64,000 nt of DNA. Source: Candidatus Bathyarchaeia archaeon (GTDB lineage Archaea; Thermoproteota; Bathyarchaeia; Bathyarchaeales; Bathycorpusculaceae). Below the pieces are notes generated by a model, which was given only the letters and a program-made list of their open reading frames with translations, searched no databases and had not been told where the DNA came from. The stretch is from NCBI GenBank assembly GCA_038883795.1, contig JAVZLK010000003.1, forward strand, positions 32,001-96,000, read 5' to 3'. Shown piece after piece: positions 27,631-37,010 of the stretch (its first letter is position 1; the number at the start of each line of letters is the position of its first letter). The position numbers and the translations under genes are program-made.

Positions 27631-29040
27631 ATGTCAATGTTTAAGGACATACCAGTCGACGTAGGCGTTATCTATGAAGGCGAAAGAATCCGCAAAGAAG
27701 ATATGTACGTGGAACTCGGCGGACCAAAAGTTAAAGAAAAATTTGAACTTGCAAGGGTTAAAAAACCAGAAGAAGTTGAGGACGAAAAAGTAGTCATTCT
27801 CGGACCAGACTTGAAAGACATGGAGGAGGGAAAAACCTACCCCTTTGGCATCCTCATAGAAGTTGCTGGTCCCACCCTTGAGCCAGAATTGGAAGGTGTA
27901 ATAGAAAGGCGCATCCACGCATACTGCAACTACATTGAGGGCTTCATGCACCTAAACCAGCGCTATGATATTTGGCTTAGGCTTAACAAGAAATCCTTCC
28001 AGAAAGGCTTAAACTCCTTCCAATACATTGGAAAAGTTTTGCATAGGCTTTTCAAAAGCGAACTACCCATAATCGAGAAGATTCAAGTAACTTTCATAAC
28101 GGACCCAGAAAAAGTGAAAGAACTCTACAACGAAGCCATAAAAATTTACGAAGCGAGAGACGCCAGAGCTAGGGGGTTAAAAGACGAGGAGGTTGACAAA
28201 TTTTATGGATGCATTTTATGCCAGTCCTTCGCTCCAACCCATGTCTGCGTAATAACACCACAACGCTATTCAAACTGCGGAGCCATAAGCTGGTTTGACG
28301 GCAGGGCAGCAGCCAACATAGACCCTAAAGGACCAGTTTTCACCATTGAAAAGGGCGAACTGCAAGACCCGGTTAAGGGAGAGTTTTCAGGCGTTAACGA
28401 TGCCGTGAAAAAGAAGTCTTTGGGAGAAATCACGCGGGTTTGGCTTTACACAGCCTTCGGCTATCCGCATACATCTTGCGGTTGCTTTGAGGCTGTAGCC
28501 TTCTACATTCCAGAAGTCGACGGTTTCGGAATAATCCACAGAGGTTACAGAGACATAGCTGTGAATGGTTTAGGCTTTTCAACGCTGGCTGATTCAACGG
28601 CTGGGGGACGCCAAGTTGACGGATTCCATGGAATATCCATAGAATATATGCGCTCTCCAAAGTTTCTACAGGCTGACGGAGGATGGAACCGTGTGGTTTG
28701 GCTGCCAAAAGAAGTCAAGGAAAGGGTGAAAGACTTCATCCCCGCAGAACTTCTCGACAAGGTTGCCACAGAGGAAGAGGCAAAAACAATTGATGAGCTC
28801 AAAACTTTTCTTAAAGAGCATAATCACCCAGTTGTGGAAAGGTGGAAAGAAGAAATTGTAGCCGTTGAAGAAGCTGTCCCAGCTGAAGCCAAGGAAGAAG
28901 CTGCTCCAATGCCAGTTGTTACGGCATCCACTTTGCCAATAACTGCTGGAGGCTTCAAAATAATATTGAAAGATGCGAAAATCTACGCCAAAAAAGTCAT
29001 TGTTCGTTCCATGAAAAGTGAAAAAGCAGAGAAAAGGTGA
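27631..29040 (+). CDS. cdhC: ACDS complex beta subunit (acetyl-CoA synthase)
   Basis: YEGERIR, EGFMHLNQR, FYGCILCQSFAP, HTSCGCFE A-cluster ligands. Confidence 0.97.
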   Translation: MSMFKDIPVDVGVIYEGERIRKEDMYVELGGPKVKEKFELARVKKPEEVEDEKVVILGPDLKDMEEGKTYPFGILIEVAGPTLEPELEGVIERRIHAYCNYIEGFMHLNQRYDIWLRLNKKSFQKGLNSFQYIGKVLHRLFKSELPIIEKIQVTFITDPEKVKELYNEAIKIYEARDARARGLKDEEVDKFYGCILCQSFAPTHVCVITPQRYSNCGAISWFDGRAAANIDPKGPVFTIEKGELQDPVKGEFSGVNDAVKKKSLGEITRVWLYTAFGYPHTSCGCFEAVAFYIPEVDGFGIIHRGYRDIAVNGLGFSTLADSTAGGRQVDGFHGISIEYMRSPKFLQADGGWNRVVWLPKEVKERVKDFIPAELLDKVATEEEAKTIDELKTFLKEHNHPVVERWKEEIVAVEEAVPAEAKEEAAPMPVVTASTLPITAGGFKIILKDAKIYAKKVIVRSMKSEKAEKR

Positions 29041-29045
29041 AAACC

Positions 29046-30263
29046 TTGGCGAAAAAAGAGAAAGAAGAAGTCTTAGGAATAAAACTGAGCCCACGCTTAA
29101 TAGAGCTTCTTGCAAAACTTCAAGAAATTGAGCTTGAAGATTTTGAAATGAGCGTTGGCGACTTAGAAATTTGGATACAACCAGGCGCTGTGGCAGCCCC
29201 AGCCATCACAGTGCCAAAAATTGTTCCACCAGCCAAAGCCAAGCCAACAGCCATAATCGAAACGGAGTTCATACCACCAGTTGAAACTTATCCGGGCAGG
29301 GTTGTTGAAGTTAAACTTGGAGCCACAAAAAGCGAAGGCGGCACCCGTGGAAAATCAATAATTATTGGCGGCGAAACAACCCCAGCCTTCTACACTTTTG
29401 AAAGGGCAATGCCGCATCCGCCGGTCATAGCCGTGGACGTTTTCGACATGAAGGTTCCATTGCCAAAGGCTGTGAAAATGCATGTGAAAGATGTTATGGA
29501 AGACCCAGCGGCTTGGGCTAAACTGGCTGTTGAAAAGTTTGCGGCAGACCTCTTAACTGTGCATTTGATAAGCGTAGACCCCCTCATTAAAGATGCCCCA
29601 CCAAAAGAGGCTGTGAAAACCATAGAAGAGGTTGCTCAAGCCGTGGATGTGCCCCTCATAATTGGCGGTTGCGGAGACCCGGTTAAGGATGCAGATGTTT
29701 TTGAGGCTGTGGCTGAAACTTTTGCTGGAGAAAGATTCCTAATAAGCTCTATAACAAGGGACATGGATGTGGAGAGATGCGCAAAGTTCGTGAAAAAATA
29801 TGGGCATGTGGCACTATCCTTTACGCCAATGGATTTGAACCTTGCAAGAGAACTCAACCGCCGCCTTTACGATTTTCTGCCAAAAGAGGACATAGTTATG
29901 GATTTGACAACAGCAGCCCTTGGCTATGGTCTGGATTATGCATTTACCAATATGGAGAGGGCTAGGCTTGCAGCTTTAATGGGAGACCCAGAATTAGCCC
30001 ACCCCATGTCTTCTGGAACCACAAACGCTTGGGCAGCAAGAGAGGCGTGGTTGGAAATGGCTCCGCAATGGGAACCAAGAGAGTTGAGAGGTCCCTTATG
30101 GGAGGTTATTACGGCTTTGACGTTATTGCTTACTGGTGTTGACTTATTTATGATGATGCATCCAGCCGCCGTCAAAACCATAAAAGACGTAATTAACCAG
30201 TTGCTGGGAAGTGGTTCTGGTAATGCTGAACGGCTTATGGAATGGGTTTCCATGAAAATTTAA
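29046..30263 (+). CDS. cdhD: ACDS complex delta subunit (corrinoid Fe-S protein, small subunit)
   Basis: EVKLGAT..EGGTRG, TTAALGYGLDY, NAWAAREAW, MMHP. Confidence 0.96.
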   Translation: MAKKEKEEVLGIKLSPRLIELLAKLQEIELEDFEMSVGDLEIWIQPGAVAAPAITVPKIVPPAKAKPTAIIETEFIPPVETYPGRVVEVKLGATKSEGGTRGKSIIIGGETTPAFYTFERAMPHPPVIAVDVFDMKVPLPKAVKMHVKDVMEDPAAWAKLAVEKFAADLLTVHLISVDPLIKDAPPKEAVKTIEEVAQAVDVPLIIGGCGDPVKDADVFEAVAETFAGERFLISSITRDMDVERCAKFVKKYGHVALSFTPMDLNLARELNRRLYDFLPKEDIVMDLTTAALGYGLDYAFTNMERARLAALMGDPELAHPMSSGTTNAWAAREAWLEMAPQWEPRELRGPLWEVITALTLLLTGVDLFMMMHPAAVKTIKDVINQLLGSGSGNAERLMEWVSMKI

Positions 30264-30281
30264 ACTGGAGCGTATAAGCAT

Positions 30282-31715
30282 ATGAGCGAAAGGGAAGTTA
30301 AGGGGAAGGTTGGCGTAAAAGAGTTAAGTCCAATAGACGTTTACAAGCTTCTTCCAAAAACCAACTGCAAAGAATGCGGCGAAGAAAACTGCATGGCTTT
30401 CGCCACAAAGGTTGTCAACCGTGAAATAACCATCGAAAAGTGCCCGCCACTTTTAACAAAGGATTATGAAAAGGCTTACCGACAGCTGAAGGAGATGCTG
30501 AAGCCAGCCATAAAAGAAGTTGTCATAGGCGCCGGAGACAAAGCCGTAAAAATCGGCGGAAAACTTGTCATGTACCGCCACGAATTTACCTATTTTAACC
30601 CAACAGCCATAGCCATAGACGTAACCGACGAAATGCCCGAAGAAGAAATTTTGGACAGAATAAAGAAGACTGAGGATTTTAGCTTCGAATACATTGGACA
30701 AACATTAAAACTTGACATGATAGCCATACGCTCCACATCAAACAACCCAGAAAAATTTAAGGCAACTGTCAAGAAGGTGGCTGAAAACACACGCCTACCA
30801 CTAATATTATGCTCATTAAACCCAAAAGTTCTCGAAGCGGGATTGGCGGCTATGCCAAAATCGAAACCGCTCTTGTATGCCGCCACAAAAGAGAACTGGA
30901 AGGATATGGCTGAAATAGCACTTACATACCAATGTCCGCTAACAGTTTTTGCGCCTGGCGATTTGAAAATGCTCAAATCATTAACAAAAACCCTGCTTGA
31001 GTATGGAGTTGAAGACTTGGTTTTGGATCCCGGAACTTTTCAAGGCGAGGGCTTAGCGGACACGCTTAACAATTTTGTTATGATTCGGAGGGCGGCATGC
31101 AAGAGGGGCGATGAGCTTTTGGGTTTTCCGTTGATGGGTGTTCCTATGGTTGCTTGGATGGAGAAGGGCGAGGCTCCAGAGGAAATTGCCAAGTGGAGAG
31201 AAGCCTATTTGGCGGCTATGCTCATTGTCCGATTTGCAGATGTTCTCATAATGCATAATGTGGATGGTTGGGCGCTTCTTCCGCCAGTCATACTGCGCCA
31301 AAACATTTACACAGACCCAAGAAAACCGGTGGCTGTCGAGCCAGGCTTAAAAGTTTTTGGAACCCCAGACGAAAACTCGCCAGTGATGTTCACAACAAAC
31401 TTCGCCCTAACATACTACACAGTAGCCTCAGACATTGAAAATGCAAAAATAAACACTTATTTGCTGGTGGTGGACACGGAGGGAATAGCCGTAGACAGCG
31501 CCGTAGCCGGAAGAAAACTAACAGCAGAGAAAGTCGCCGAAGCCATAAAAACGTCAGGAATAGAAGGCAAGGTTAAACATAGAAAACTAATAATTCCAGG
31601 AAAGGCAGCTCGCCTAAGCGGAGAAATCGAAGAACTAAGCGGATGGCAAGTGCTTGTTGGACCCCGCGACTCATCAGACATACCAAAATTCCTCCAAGAA
31701 AAATGGCAAACCTAG
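30282..31715 (+). CDS. cdhE: ACDS complex gamma subunit (corrinoid Fe-S protein, large subunit)
   Basis: LPKTNCKECGEENCMAFA, RQNIYTDPRKP, TTNFALTY, VGPRDSS. Confidence 0.97.
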   Translation: MSEREVKGKVGVKELSPIDVYKLLPKTNCKECGEENCMAFATKVVNREITIEKCPPLLTKDYEKAYRQLKEMLKPAIKEVVIGAGDKAVKIGGKLVMYRHEFTYFNPTAIAIDVTDEMPEEEILDRIKKTEDFSFEYIGQTLKLDMIAIRSTSNNPEKFKATVKKVAENTRLPLILCSLNPKVLEAGLAAMPKSKPLLYAATKENWKDMAEIALTYQCPLTVFAPGDLKMLKSLTKTLLEYGVEDLVLDPGTFQGEGLADTLNNFVMIRRAACKRGDELLGFPLMGVPMVAWMEKGEAPEEIAKWREAYLAAMLIVRFADVLIMHNVDGWALLPPVILRQNIYTDPRKPVAVEPGLKVFGTPDENSPVMFTTNFALTYYTVASDIENAKINTYLLVVDTEGIAVDSAVAGRKLTAEKVAEAIKTSGIEGKVKHRKLIIPGKAARLSGEIEELSGWQVLVGPRDSSDIPKFLQEKWQT

Positions 31716-31736
31716 CAATATTTTGCTTCTTATATT

Positions 31737-32663
31737 TTAGAGGATTAGTTGAGTTATTATTAGAGCTGCGATGAGTATTGGCAGTATTTTGAGTGCTTTC
31801 TTGTTGAATTTTTGGGCTTCTTCTGTTTTCTTTGCATCTACGAGTTTCATGATGTAAACAGACGCTGAGAGGTTGTAGAGGAAAATCGCGTATATGGCGA
31901 GCATCATTCTGTCAGCTAAAGTAAGATAGCCTACTGGAGGTATACCGCTGAGTAATGCCAAATGAAAAGCTGTAGCAGACATGAGGGTTGTGACGCCTAA
32001 GCCTATTCTTTGAGCAAAGTTTTGAGGCGATATGGCAAAAGCAAGCAAGGATATCATGGTTATAACAGCAACGGGTAAAACACTTTTAATGAATGAAGAA
32101 ATTGCAGGACGCTTTAATGTGATACTAAACACAAATCTAGAATATGCCTCATCGATATATGAATGCTCCATTACATTTGCCTCGAAATCTCCAATCTCCC
32201 ACCCTGCCACATTTACAGCTTCGTCGACTGTTGACGTTGGGTCTGTTTCAAAGACTAAGAAAGAGGCGTTAAGATTCTTGTGTTCTATTTCTATTGTAAG
32301 CTTGTGGGTTTCATATGGATATCGGGAGAAATCGAAGGTTTTTATAAAATCTCCCCTAACACGATATTCCAAATATCCCAGCGTCTCGTTTACTTTAACT
32401 TCATATTTTGTGGGAAATCCGTTAACAAACTCAAACTCCCTTACTTCGTCCAAGCTTATTTCAGAAGAATTGAACCAGAACCATAGATAGAAGTCTAATC
32501 GATAACTGCTCGCAGCCAAATCCACTTTTTCCACATTTACAACCAACACTCCAATCATAACATTTGCAGGGTTACCAGACGAATTTACGGTTCTTACATT
32601 ATACATTAAAATTGAAAATAGAGCTAACGTTACCAACCATAGGAATATTCGCCAACTTTTCAT
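31737..32663 (-). CDS. Pentameric ligand-gated ion channel (GLIC/ELIC-like Pro-loop receptor)
   Basis: Signal peptide; beta-rich ectodomain (LDFYLWF, YPYE Pro-loop, AGWEI); four TMs with M1 proline, M2 RIGLGVTTLMS and M2-M3 IPPVGYLTLAD. Confidence 0.85.
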   Translation of the reverse strand: MKSWRIFLWLVTLALFSILMYNVRTVNSSGNPANVMIGVLVVNVEKVDLAASSYRLDFYLWFWFNSSEISLDEVREFEFVNGFPTKYEVKVNETLGYLEYRVRGDFIKTFDFSRYPYETHKLTIEIEHKNLNASFLVFETDPTSTVDEAVNVAGWEIGDFEANVMEHSYIDEAYSRFVFSITLKRPAISSFIKSVLPVAVITMISLLAFAISPQNFAQRIGLGVTTLMSATAFHLALLSGIPPVGYLTLADRMMLAIYAIFLYNLSASVYIMKLVDAKKTEEAQKFNKKALKILPILIAALIITQLIL

Positions 32664-32894
32664 GAATTCCACCTGCAAAGCAGCAAGGCTGTTCTGCCTC
32701 ATAAACCAGTTTATTATATAAAAATTTCGAGTATTCTGTGATCCTACAATACATCTACGGTTGGGGGACTCTGCAAAATCAAGAACTTTTGACAATAATA
32801 ATCCTTGGGCAGTCGCTGTTTAGGAGTACTATGTTCTGATTTTTCTGGAAAATCTAGAGGGGGAGGTCACTATTGGCTGTTTTCACAACCAAAA

Positions 32895-33377
32895 TTATGG
32901 AGAAACCATTTGCGGTCTGTAAAGTATCAAATATTTCTCGGTTGTTGGGAGTATTGCTTTAACTCTTTCGTGGCGTTTTTTGTTGTTTATGCTATGCTCC
33001 AGCATTGTAAAGCTTCTGGGTGTACTGAAACTTTCTATTTCGCCATTCTCTCTTTTCCGTGTTACCTTTATACAATCATCCACTATGCAGCTTAAGACGC
33101 AGGCGCCACAATATATGCAAAGCTCCTCTATAAGCCCAACCTCCCCAGCCTTCCAGTATAAAGCGTTTGTCGGACAAGCTTTTATGCAAAGTTTGCATTC
33201 GACTCCTTCGCAAATTCTTTTGTTAATGGTTATTTTTCCTTCAACAAAAAACTCTTTTACGCCTAGGGGTGCCAAAAGCGCTTCTCTGCGCTTCTTCTTT
33301 TCTTTTTCAGCAGTTTCCGTCAAAATTTGGAATATGTCAACAGTTGAAGGTTTTTGGGTTTTGGATTTTTTGGGCAT
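32895..33377 (-). CDS. 4Fe-4S dicluster ferredoxin-domain protein
   Basis: CEGVECKLCIKACP and CIYCGACVLSC. Confidence 0.85.
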   Translation of the reverse strand: MPKKSKTQKPSTVDIFQILTETAEKEKKKRREALLAPLGVKEFFVEGKITINKRICEGVECKLCIKACPTNALYWKAGEVGLIEELCIYCGACVLSCIVDDCIKVTRKRENGEIESFSTPRSFTMLEHSINNKKRHERVKAILPTTEKYLILYRPQMVSP

Positions 33378-33525
33378 GGGCTTCCTCTTTATTTAACCAA
33401 TTATGGATTTAACTGGTATAATGCTCATGGATTATAATTACTTATCCCAAATATGAATTAAAAATGCTTCAAAACTCCAAATTTATAACTAACCTTTATC
33501 TTACTAGTTTCTGGTTGAAACTGAA

Positions 33526-33711
33526 ATGTGTGAGTTTAACGTAATCCTCGACGGAAAAACAGTCTACAAAGACGTAATTTACGCTAAAACCGAAAGCAAT
33601 AATGTGATAGTCAAAGATGTTCTTGGAAAATCTAAAGAGTTTAGAAACTGTAGAATCGTAGAGGTTGATGTGAACACAACCCGCCTAGTCCTATCAACCA
33701 TAAAGGGTTAA
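33526..33711 (+). CDS. cooT: CooT-family small nickel-binding protein
   Basis: MCE N-terminus, KDVI, VKDVLG, IVEVD; 61 aa; close to the cdh operon. Confidence 0.75.
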   Translation: MCEFNVILDGKTVYKDVIYAKTESNNVIVKDVLGKSKEFRNCRIVEVDVNTTRLVLSTIKG

Positions 33712-34532
33712 GCTCTAAACAGTGAAACAATAAAGCCCGCCGTCAAACCAAACAATATCGGGAAGGGCAGTCCAGGAAACATACCCCTCTTTTCTAACAT
33801 TTTAAAAGCTAAAAGGCATCCGGCTAAAATGCCAATCAAAGAGGCTAAACATGGAAGGAAGCCAAAATAGAGGAGCATATGTCCACAAAGCATAGAATAA
33901 AATGTTAAATCGCCAAGCCCCATTTGGATATCCTTAAAAGAGAAGCTTAAACCTCTAAGCTGCTCAAGCCCGCTATGGGCTATTTTTCCAACAGGTCCAT
34001 GATAAACGGCAAAGGCATCATAAACCGCCAAGAAAACTAGAATCAAAAAAGCGCTTAAAGTTGGAACCGTGAACCCTAAGAAGGCACCCAAGCCCCCTCC
34101 TAAACAAAGGATTATCACATTGCAGAGTTTGCTGTTTGTTCTGAAAATTATTAGGTCAGCCACCGCTGTTACTGTTATGGATAAAGTTAAAATCAAAACT
34201 TCTGTGTATGGGATAACAAAAATTGAGAATGCAGCGCTTAAATAGATTATTGAAAGCAGAAAAACAGCCGTCGTCAAGGCAAAACCAATAATCAAATTTA
34301 TTAATCTTCGATTTCTCTTTCTCAAAAGCAAGTATAATAATGAGGCTCCCAAACCAACGAGAATGACGAAATACAGAGCATTGCCAACTGATCCAACTCC
34401 CTCTGAAAACGGGGTTATCTCATAAGCTTCCATGGAGGATGCTGAAATTAAAAAGGCGCAAAAAACTCCGAATGACAAGCTTGCCAAGATAGGCGTTAAA
34501 CGGATAATTCCCAAATCAAGTTTATCCTTCAA
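33708..34532 (-). CDS. Presenilin-family intramembrane aspartyl protease
   Basis: Multi-TM; YD, GLGD and PGLP (PAL-like) motifs. Confidence 0.9.
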   Translation of the reverse strand: MKDKLDLGIIRLTPILASLSFGVFCAFLISASSMEAYEITPFSEGVGSVGNALYFVILVGLGASLLYLLLRKRNRRLINLIIGFALTTAVFLLSIIYLSAAFSIFVIPYTEVLILTLSITVTAVADLIIFRTNSKLCNVIILCLGGGLGAFLGFTVPTLSAFLILVFLAVYDAFAVYHGPVGKIAHSGLEQLRGLSFSFKDIQMGLGDLTFYSMLCGHMLLYFGFLPCLASLIGILAGCLLAFKMLEKRGMFPGLPFPILFGLTAGFIVSLFRA

Positions 34533-34537
34533 GGCTC

Positions 34538-35089
34538 CTACCCTAATTTTTTAATGGTTATTTCAACTTTCAAGTAGCATTTATTACAGAATAAACTTTG
34601 CTTCCTATCCGTGTCGAATATGGAATTGGAGAAAAACATAACACAAAATGGATTAGAACAATGTCCCAAACCCAAGGTGTGTCCAAGCTCATGCACCGCT
34701 TCCTTTGTGGTTCTCTCCAGAAAAAGCTCCATGTTCGGACGCTCACCATAAAATTCCGGCTTAAGCCTCCACAAAGAAATCAAAGCCACTTTTCCTGGGC
34801 ATTCCGCCTCTCCAAAAACAAAGTTTAACCCTGGAACAAAAATGTCAACATCCACAATTCCCAAAACCCTATTTAAGGCTTCTTCTTTTTCTGCATATTC
34901 TCGAATTTTGCTCAATATGACACTGGAAAAATACTGATTCCGCTTTTTGTCGAAGGTTTCTTCCGGGATTGGCAAATTTTTAGAGATAATGGTGCATGTG
35001 GTTTTTGGAAAAATCATTCTTAAGTTTTCCTGAATTCTTTGGATTAGGTTGGAATTTATTTGTCCGATTTGCAATATTCCAATTTTCAT
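34538..35089 (-). CDS. amzA: Archaemetzincin zinc metalloprotease
   Basis: LNFVFGEA, KEAVHELGHTLGLGHC...CVM.FSNS...D.K...FC..C. Confidence 0.93.
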   Translation of the reverse strand: MKIGILQIGQINSNLIQRIQENLRMIFPKTTCTIISKNLPIPEETFDKKRNQYFSSVILSKIREYAEKEEALNRVLGIVDVDIFVPGLNFVFGEAECPGKVALISLWRLKPEFYGERPNMELFLERTTKEAVHELGHTLGLGHCSNPFCVMFFSNSIFDTDRKQSLFCNKCYLKVEITIKKLG

Positions 35090-35098
35090 GGTTTCACT

Positions 35099-36364
35099 TT
35101 AAACTTCAAATACATCGCCAGCCCTCGGGGCGAAAGCCTCTAACCCCAATTCATTCCTAACCCATTTTGCAAACAATTCGCAGTTTCCTTCTGCTCCATG
35201 AACCACATAAACCTTAGGCTTTCCACCGAGATTCCTAACCGCATCTTTAAGTTGACTTGCACCACAATGGGACGAAAAATCAAAATGCTCAACCCGAGCC
35301 TTAACCTTCCTAATTTTTCCATCAATAAGACAAACGCCCTTTTCCAACAATTCTCTTCCAGGCGTTCCAGGAATCTGATAACTGACCAAGAATATGGCGT
35401 TATGCGCTTTTTTTCCAATTTTTGAGGTGTAAAAAACTGCTGGACCGCCCTTTAGCATTCCAGCCGGCGAAATTATCACGCCGGGCGTTTTGATGGCTTT
35501 TCTTCGATCCCTCCAACCTTCAACCCAGTCGACGGAGTGCATGGCGTCCATGAAAAGTTTTGGGTCTTTGAGGAAATCCCTATAGTTCATGAGTATTCTG
35601 CTTGCTTCCCGTGCCATCCCATCCATGGTGATGGGATATTCAAAATGATGAGCAGCTAAAACGCAGGCGATTTCTTGGGACCTTCCAACACCAAAGGCTG
35701 GAACTAGAACAGAACCGCCTCTCTCCACAACATCTGTCACTTCGTCCACGAAGCGTTTCTCTAGTTCTAAGCGTTCTGTATGGTCTTCGTCTGCATAGGT
35801 GCTTTCAATTATCACAGCATCTAAATCGCCATACTCCATTTTTGCCCCTTCCAAGAGCCTCGTGTCAACGGTGTTGAAGTCGCCGGTGTAAAGAATCCGT
35901 TTTCCCTCAGCCTCAATCAACACTTGAGCGCTTCCTGGAATATGTCCAGCGCTGAAAAGCTGAAACTTCATATCTCCAATTTTCTCTTCAGCGCCAAAAT
36001 CCACATCCTTGTTGCTTCTCATCATGGATTTCAGTTCAAGATATTCGTAAGGCAAATAGTAACTGGAAAGGTGGATAAAATCAGAAATTAATATTTGTGT
36101 CAGCTCCAAATTCAATCTAGTCGTATATAAGGGCTTTTTTCCGTGAATATAAAAAATCGGGACAGCTCCAGAATGGTCAAGATGGCTATGAGTTAGGATT
36201 AGGGCATCCACATCTTTTGGCGGTACATGTATTGGAAAGCCTGGCTCATGATTTAACATGACGCCATAATCCAATAAAACTTGCGTTTTTTCGGTTTTCA
36301 CTGAAATGGCTATTCTGCCCACTTCTTGGGTTCCGCCTAGAAAGCCAATTTTTAATGAACTCAT
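35099..36364 (-). CDS. Beta-CASP metallo-beta-lactamase ribonuclease (aCPSF2-like)
   Basis: FLGGTQEVGR, THSHLDH, AGHIPG, YTGD, ESTY, FGVGRSQE, FSSH, VHG. Confidence 0.9.
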   Translation of the reverse strand: MSSLKIGFLGGTQEVGRIAISVKTEKTQVLLDYGVMLNHEPGFPIHVPPKDVDALILTHSHLDHSGAVPIFYIHGKKPLYTTRLNLELTQILISDFIHLSSYYLPYEYLELKSMMRSNKDVDFGAEEKIGDMKFQLFSAGHIPGSAQVLIEAEGKRILYTGDFNTVDTRLLEGAKMEYGDLDAVIIESTYADEDHTERLELEKRFVDEVTDVVERGGSVLVPAFGVGRSQEIACVLAAHHFEYPITMDGMAREASRILMNYRDFLKDPKLFMDAMHSVDWVEGWRDRRKAIKTPGVIISPAGMLKGGPAVFYTSKIGKKAHNAIFLVSYQIPGTPGRELLEKGVCLIDGKIRKVKARVEHFDFSSHCGASQLKDAVRNLGGKPKVYVVHGAEGNCELFAKWVRNELGLEAFAPRAGDVFEV

Positions 36365-36404
36365 GTTTTCAACCGCTAACGCAGTAATCATGTTCTCTGC
36401 TATT

Positions 36405-37010
36405 TTAAAAATGTATTGACTTCTCGCTTGGAAAAACCCTAACAAGTCCCTTTTTTATGGCTTTCAAAATTTCATCCACGTCAAATGAAGCCTCAACTTG
36501 TGTGTAAACACTCCACAATTCATTAACATTATGAGCGTCGCTGCCAGCAACCCCTGGCAAACCCATTTCTTTGGCTAGGTTTTCAGCCCTTCTATTAAGT
36601 TGGGTTGGTAAGGCACCGTTTAAAATTTCTATGGCGTCAACATCGTAGTTTTTAGCTGAATCTCCAAGCCCATAAGCCCTGTAAGGATGGGCAACTATGG
36701 CTAGGCTTTGGCTTTCCTTTGCAAAGTCTATCACATTCTCAACGGTCCATGGTTGTGGTGGCAACTCCTCAGCTCCTAAAAGGATTAGGTCGCCTTCAAA
36801 TGTGGCTATTTCAACCCCTGGAATTATGAGAATGTCTGGATAAGCAGAAGCCAATTGCTTTACTCTATGATAGCCTTCAACTCTGTTGTGGTCGGTGATT
36901 GCCACGGCTTTTATGAATGGATGCGCATAAAGCTGTTCAACAATGGTTTTTGGCTGGGTTGAAGAGTCGAAAGAATAGTTTGTGTGCACGTGCAAATCAA
37001 CATTAATCAT
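36405..37010 (-). CDS. PHP-domain phosphoesterase
   Basis: DLHVHT..S.DS, AITDHN, PGVE, AHP, GSDAH. Confidence 0.9.
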   Translation of the reverse strand: MINVDLHVHTNYSFDSSTQPKTIVEQLYAHPFIKAVAITDHNRVEGYHRVKQLASAYPDILIIPGVEIATFEGDLILLGAEELPPQPWTVENVIDFAKESQSLAIVAHPYRAYGLGDSAKNYDVDAIEILNGALPTQLNRRAENLAKEMGLPGVAGSDAHNVNELWSVYTQVEASFDVDEILKAIKKGLVRVFPSEKSIHF

